Of a DNA stretch of 64,000 nucleotides, positions 59,026 to 64,000 are shown in pieces. The position numbers and the translations under genes were made by a program. The stretch comes from Promethearchaeota archaeon. Lineage in GTDB: Archaea; Asgardarchaeota; Lokiarchaeia; Sigyniarchaeales; SOKP01. The number at the start of each line of letters is the position of its first letter. Within the stretch, counting starts at the first letter, position 1. The stretch is from positions 32,001-96,000 of the forward strand of contig JBHLMP010000005.1 in NCBI GenBank assembly GCA_048938025.1, read 5' to 3'. The notes under the pieces were generated by a model. It was given only the letters and a program-made list of their open reading frames with translations. It had not been told where the DNA came from and made no database searches.

Positions 59026-60423
59026 ATGGTTAAAGAAAAATTGCCCTTGAAATCGAAGCTCGCTTATGGGGGTCTTGGAGCAGGTATCAATTTACCATCC
59101 CAGATTGCTTTTTCAGCCATAACCTTTTTCTATAACACTATATTAGGATTAGATGCCACACTTATTGGAATTGCATGGCTCATTTTTTCATTCTGGAATG
59201 CCTTTAATGACCCATTATTTGGTTTTATCGAAGACCACACAAAATCAGAAAAGTATGGTAGAAGAATCCCATATATCCGATTTGGAGCGCCCTTGTATGG
59301 GTTAGCTTTTATTATTTGTTGGATTCCCTTCGCGGACTTAGATAGCCAAATAGCAATATTCTTCAACTTTATTGTTGTTTTATTCATTTTTGATACATTA
59401 TTCACAATTTTAGGGCTTATTAATTTCACTTTGCCTGCTGAAATGGCAATAACCTCAAAAGAAAGAACTAATTTGTTAATATATAGCACGGTTATTAGTT
59501 CCACTTCATATTTAATTTCCTTTCTATTACCTATTTTCCTATTAACCGGAAGTGAGGCACCAAATGACCCATTAATCTTTCTAATTGCGATGATTGTAGT
59601 AGGGATCATTGCTACTGCAATTATATTCACAAGTAGTTATTATCTAAAAGAAAATAAATATACTCAATTGGAAGAGACTCTTCCTGTTATACAGGGAATA
59701 AAAGAAACTTTTAAGAATAAACCCTTTATGGTTTTTGAGGTTGCGAACTTTTCCTTTACCATCGCCCAAACAATACTTACAACTGCAATATATTATTATG
59801 CTGATTATATGCTAAGATTACCTGGTTTTCTGAATTCGGTTCCATTAATTCTGGTGTTCCTTATGATATTTGCATTTTTAACAATATTTAATAAATTGGT
59901 GGGAAAAATAGGAGTGAAAAGAACCTTTATTTTCTCGATATTATTGACTGGACTGGGCTTTCTTTTAACCTTTATTTTCGGCTGGACATTTCATTTAGCT
60001 ATAATTGGATTCATAATCATTGGTATCGGATTCTCAGGGTATCTGCTAACAAATCAAGTTGTCGTAGCCGATATCGTAGATTATGATGAAATAAGAACAG
60101 GAAAGCGGAGGGAAACAACTTACTCTGGAATAAACGCATTAATTACTAAACCAGCCATTTCTATTGCAAATTGGCTCTTTTTAGTGATAATTGACTTTTT
60201 TGAATTTGATCCAGACCAAAATGCTCAAGAGTTTCCTGCTCAATTTGGAATCATGATGGGTTTTGCGCTTATTCCTTCGATTTTTTTGATACTAGGCGCA
60301 CTTGTCATGTTTTATTACTCATTGGATGGAGCTCATTGGCTAGCTCAAAAAGAGGAAATTATTAAAATTCATGAAGAAAAGGAACGGGCATATCTAGAGT
60401 ATTTGGAAAAGAAAAAGAGGTAA
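59026..60423 (+). CDS. MFS transporter, GPH (MelB-like) family
   Basis: WNAFNDPLFG..D.T..GRR.P and ADIVDYDE..TG.RRE motifs. Confidence 0.92.
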   Translation: MVKEKLPLKSKLAYGGLGAGINLPSQIAFSAITFFYNTILGLDATLIGIAWLIFSFWNAFNDPLFGFIEDHTKSEKYGRRIPYIRFGAPLYGLAFIICWIPFADLDSQIAIFFNFIVVLFIFDTLFTILGLINFTLPAEMAITSKERTNLLIYSTVISSTSYLISFLLPIFLLTGSEAPNDPLIFLIAMIVVGIIATAIIFTSSYYLKENKYTQLEETLPVIQGIKETFKNKPFMVFEVANFSFTIAQTILTTAIYYYADYMLRLPGFLNSVPLILVFLMIFAFLTIFNKLVGKIGVKRTFIFSILLTGLGFLLTFIFGWTFHLAIIGFIIIGIGFSGYLLTNQVVVADIVDYDEIRTGKRRETTYSGINALITKPAISIANWLFLVIIDFFEFDPDQNAQEFPAQFGIMMGFALIPSIFLILGALVMFYYSLDGAHWLAQKEEIIKIHEEKERAYLEYLEKKKR

Positions 60424-60605
60424 ATATTTCGTGTTTCTTTAATTTATCTAATAAATGGTGTTGCGTTGACGATAATTCAAATTTTTAGCTTGTTTTAAAG
60501 TATTATAGGAATATTTAATTAACTTTTTTTTAATAGGAGTAATATATTAAAAACAGTTTATTCTTTAATTATTTGTTAGTATAAAATAGGTTCCCCTTTA
60601 AAGAT

Positions 60606-61424
60606 ATGAAAGAGAATGAAAATAAGACGAAAAAAATGCCTGTCCTTTTCATCGGACACGGTTCACCAATGAATATCATCTCTGACAATGAATTTACTCG
60701 CAGTTTACAAACTCTGGGAAAAACTCTACCTAAACCAAAAGCAATACTTGTAATATCTGCTCATTGGCTAACATCTGGAACTAAAATATTATGCAATGAA
60801 CAACCAAGAACTATATACGACTTTTATGGCTTCCCCGAAGAACTTTATAAACTTAAATATTCAAGCCCAGGATCTCCTGAATTTGCAGAAAAAATTTGCC
60901 AAAAACTTACTGCCTATAATGTTAAATGTGATTATGATTGGGGTTATGATCATGCTTCTTGGTCAATTTTACAGCATATATATCCAAAAGCGAATATCCC
61001 TATGATAGAATTAAGCTTAGATTATGGGTTTAATGACTGGCAAATCAAACCAATTGAATATCATTATCAAATAGCTCAGAATTTAGCGTTTCTGCGGAGA
61101 GAAGGTGTTTTAATTATTGGGAGTGGAAACATTGTTCATAACCTAAGAATCATAGATTATAATGTAAATGCCCCCATAATGGAGTGGGCTAAAAAGCTTG
61201 ATGCGATAGTTAAAGAAAAAATTATTAACAAGAATTATGATGATTTAATCCACATTGAAAAGTTAGGAGCCAATTCAAGGATAGGAATTCCCACATGGGA
61301 TCATTATCTTCCTATGATTTATACATTGGCGCTTCAAGATGAGGAGGATTCCGTGACATTTATTCATGAGGGTTTTCAACACGGATCAGTATCAATGAGA
61401 TGTTTCCAAATAGGATTTCAATGA
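60606..61424 (+). CDS. DODA-type (YgiD/LigB-like) extradiol ring-cleavage dioxygenase
   Basis: FIGHGSPMN, SAHW, YDFYGFP, DH, GSGNIVHNL and DHYLP motifs. Confidence 0.92.
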   Translation: MKENENKTKKMPVLFIGHGSPMNIISDNEFTRSLQTLGKTLPKPKAILVISAHWLTSGTKILCNEQPRTIYDFYGFPEELYKLKYSSPGSPEFAEKICQKLTAYNVKCDYDWGYDHASWSILQHIYPKANIPMIELSLDYGFNDWQIKPIEYHYQIAQNLAFLRREGVLIIGSGNIVHNLRIIDYNVNAPIMEWAKKLDAIVKEKIINKNYDDLIHIEKLGANSRIGIPTWDHYLPMIYTLALQDEEDSVTFIHEGFQHGSVSMRCFQIGFQ

Positions 61425-61550
61425 TTATATAATATAAGCTTCCATCATAAAATAGGAAAAAATTTTATTTTATTTTGTTAAGTTTTTTCTAAATTCTTTG
61501 CATTTTGGAAGGTCTTCATCCGTTATTCTTTTAGTTTTCTCAAAACAAAT

Positions 61551-62225
61551 TCATGCAACCATGACAAGAGCGCCTAGGACATGACAAAGGATACCCCACC
61601 AAATTGTACCAGTCCATTTAGCTAAAGAAGCTAAATATATTCCAAAAAATGCTGCTCCAATAACTAAAACTAAAATATTGGAATTTGGGGACAATGATCC
61701 CGATGCAAAGTGAAACAGTGCATACCAGATTGTGGAATAGATAATTCTCAAAAAGTTATTATTTGGATATAATTCCATGTATACTCCTCTCCATAATATC
61801 TCTTCAAAAGTGCCATTTCCAAACGCGGTTATCACCAGACCTATAACTACCAATATGTTTACTTTAGCGTATAATGTTCCTGAAAATATCCTATAAATAA
61901 GCGCCATTAGCATTGGGAATAAGATGAATGGAAGCATTTTTATTTTCAATCTCCGAGGGGAGCTCAATTCTTTAATCTTTTTAATACCAATAAGCCATGC
62001 TGAAAATATAAACCCACAAAGCATCCAATATACGAACAATCCCAAATACCAGCCAAGCTCACTTCCAAAAATTCCACCAAATAATTGATAAATGACAAAT
62101 ATCACTAACATCAAAATCGGAGGTCCAATAATTCCTGCTATTACCTTAATTTTTTGTTTTGATTGCTGATTTACGTTTTTCTGGCCTATGTTTTCTTTCA
62201 AAATTTCAAAATCCAACTTATTCAT
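61551..62225 (-). CDS. CPBP (Abi/CAAX) intramembrane metalloprotease
   Basis: EEILWRG, YALFH and H motifs. Confidence 0.8.
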   Translation of the reverse strand: MNKLDFEILKENIGQKNVNQQSKQKIKVIAGIIGPPILMLVIFVIYQLFGGIFGSELGWYLGLFVYWMLCGFIFSAWLIGIKKIKELSSPRRLKIKMLPFILFPMLMALIYRIFSGTLYAKVNILVVIGLVITAFGNGTFEEILWRGVYMELYPNNNFLRIIYSTIWYALFHFASGSLSPNSNILVLVIGAAFFGIYLASLAKWTGTIWWGILCHVLGALVMVA

Positions 62226-62450
62226 TTTGTATCACAAGATTAGATTGGAAATCATCTTGATATAAATCGATGTTTACCCTGATTCGTACAGAATGAATGA
62301 GAAATAGATGATGAAGACCATAGTCTTTACATTAAAGAGGGTAAGAAATAATGATAAGATGATAAATTTTTCAACTAAAAGGGAGAAAAAGAATCAAAAA
62401 TCTTTTATTGAATTAAGTTCTTGTCTTCTTTAACAAAATAGCCTATAAAT

Positions 62451-62819
62451 GTGAGAAAAATAGTTCTTTTAATAATTAGTGGAATATACGCAATAATAAT
62501 AGGAATAGGGATTATAGGACTTTGGACCATGTTACTTTTAACAAAACAAGTACCAGAATTAAATACAGAACCCGTATCAATAGCATTTCATATAACTGCT
62601 GAAATTATAATGGGAATTCTCTCTCTATTAAGTGGCATTTTACTTCTTATTGATCTCTCTTGGGCTCCCTATTTCTTTATTCTGGCAATGGGATTAGTAA
62701 TTTACGCCGTAATCAATTCAGCAGGTTACTATGGACAAAAAAAACAGTGGACATTCGTGATTATGTTTGGAATAATTCTTGTTGCTTCAGTTAGCCTTGT
62801 GATATTAAATTTATTCTAA
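62451..62819 (+). CDS. 4-TM hypothetical membrane protein (FHITAE, S.GYY motifs)
   Basis: 122-aa hydrophobic ORF. Confidence 0.7.
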   Translation: MRKIVLLIISGIYAIIIGIGIIGLWTMLLLTKQVPELNTEPVSIAFHITAEIIMGILSLLSGILLLIDLSWAPYFFILAMGLVIYAVINSAGYYGQKKQWTFVIMFGIILVASVSLVILNLF

Positions 62820-62847
62820 TATTTTTTTTATTATTATGGTGCTCTAT

Positions 62848-63159
62848 CTAAACTTTTTTAGGAAATGTCCTCAATTTTAGAATAGTTTCATCTCCCTTAG
62901 CCCAGTTCTTCAGATTAGCCAATCTTTCACCATGATCACCATGTTCAGGATGATCGAATGCTTTTTGAAGCTCCGTACAAGGTAGATCTGGGCAAAAACC
63001 ACAATGAAGATAACCTTTATCATAACAGCATTTTGCTACCCTGCATTCTCCATAGAACATCTCTCCTTTACATTTTTGGCATCCCAAGCAGTTAGTTTTC
63101 TCTTTCCATTCGCATATCCCACAATATGCTCCACACATGCCTATTAATTCTTTATCCAT
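62848..63159 (-). CDS. DUF3795 family Cys-rich protein
   Basis: CGAYCGIC, CLGC and C..AKCC..HCGFC..PC motifs. Confidence 0.85.
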   Translation of the reverse strand: MDKELIGMCGAYCGICEWKEKTNCLGCQKCKGEMFYGECRVAKCCYDKGYLHCGFCPDLPCTELQKAFDHPEHGDHGERLANLKNWAKGDETILKLRTFPKKV

Positions 63160-63232
63160 TAGTCAAAAACACTTCTTTCAGTTATTAGCCTTTTTAACAA
63201 ATTTCGATTTTGTTATGAAAAATTAAATAAGA

Positions 63233-63793
63233 TTAAGTTGGGTTTTTGTTTTTTTCGAATAAGCTTGGTAAAAAATTGACAAATTCACTCATCTCTTCTT
63301 TACTATGCTTGCGTAGCGCTTCGATAAATTGTTTTGGAACTCTGGCAGGTAATCGAAATGTTGTGCGTAATCTTGTTCCATTTTCAATTGATTCATATTC
63401 GTGTAAAGCCCAACTTGTTGGATTGTCATTGTGATTAAGAATACTCATTACTAATGCATGGTCATATTCAATTGGTATAGGTGAAGTACTCGGATCTTCC
63501 CATCGGATTCTTAAAGTGGTGGGGAGCCCCCCAATATTTTCATTAATCCTTTGTATCGCCCCTATATGACCTTTTTTAGGGGAAACTTCCCATTGAAAAG
63601 ATTGATGGTCTTTCGGATGCCATAATTTATAGCGCTTGTTTGTATCTATATTATCCCACCACCAATCTATCATTTCTGGTGTAACTCCATTCAATATGTG
63701 ATCGACTACTAAATCCATCGTTTGACCTTTTGACATTTTATGTATTTGTTCCATAATCTTATCTGATTCGTTACTCGGTGGTTCTTTTGACAT
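63233..63793 (-). CDS. DAPG hydrolase PhlG-family protein (C-terminal domain)
   Basis: GVTPEMIDWWW, RYKLWHP.DH and H..EEM..FLP motifs. Confidence 0.75.
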   Translation of the reverse strand: MSKEPPSNESDKIMEQIHKMSKGQTMDLVVDHILNGVTPEMIDWWWDNIDTNKRYKLWHPKDHQSFQWEVSPKKGHIGAIQRINENIGGLPTTLRIRWEDPSTSPIPIEYDHALVMSILNHNDNPTSWALHEYESIENGTRLRTTFRLPARVPKQFIEALRKHSKEEMSEFVNFLPSLFEKNKNPT

Positions 63794-64000
63794 ATTTTCA
63801 ATTACTAATTCAATAAAAATAAATTAATAATAATAACTAATGATTTGTTGTTTTTATTTGATACTTTATTAATTACTTCAGAAATTTAAACAATACTTCG
63901 ATTGACTAATTATAAGTTAAACATAAAAATGCTTTAATTCATTAAAAAGAGCTAAATTTATCCACACTTTTCTGCTTATAATTTAATTGATTTTTTATGA

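Noticed and set aside
61470-61553. TGA read-through extension of the CPBP gene
   Set aside because: The CPBP domain is complete at the TGA; the downstream frame is better explained as a remnant or chance.
1-64000. CRISPR arrays, IS elements, integron-like cassette repeats, rRNA and tRNA genes
   Set aside because: No regularly spaced repeats, transposase/integrase ORFs or GC-rich structured RNA segments were seen by eye.

Overview
AT-rich, gene-dense chromosomal window (about 75 CDSs), most consistent with an Asgard archaeon (Lokiarchaeia/Promethearchaeota). That assignment rests on Rab-like and MglA-like small GTPases, a longin-like protein, an IPGY-type Loki-CTERM anchor, Loki-type zinc-ribbon proteins, GGTGA Shine-Dalgarno sites and TATA-like promoters. 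I saw no rRNA, tRNA, CRISPR array or transposase. Main content: (1) a cysE-cysK plus MoaD/MoeB/TusA sulfur-relay cluster whose promoters share a TGCAA-N3-TTGCA palindrome, next to a tungsten-type AOR; (2) a MarR flavin/redox operon with a tandem GTTCTATATAGAAC operator; (3) a signalling neighbourhood (Rab-like GTPase, wHTH-TPR protein, stand-alone 7TM protein, longin plus MglA-like GTPase); (4) an ABC exporter/CPBP/wHTH operon; (5) an oxidative-stress group (ferritin-like, NAD(P)H oxidoreductase, flavodiiron protein). The most unusual signal is that about 8 otherwise intact genes appear to start at ATT, ATA or ATC, mostly just after an in-frame stop and 5-8 nt downstream of an SD-like element. 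Several short gene remnants at junctions indicate gene turnover. All family assignments come from recognising motifs by eye; no searches were run.
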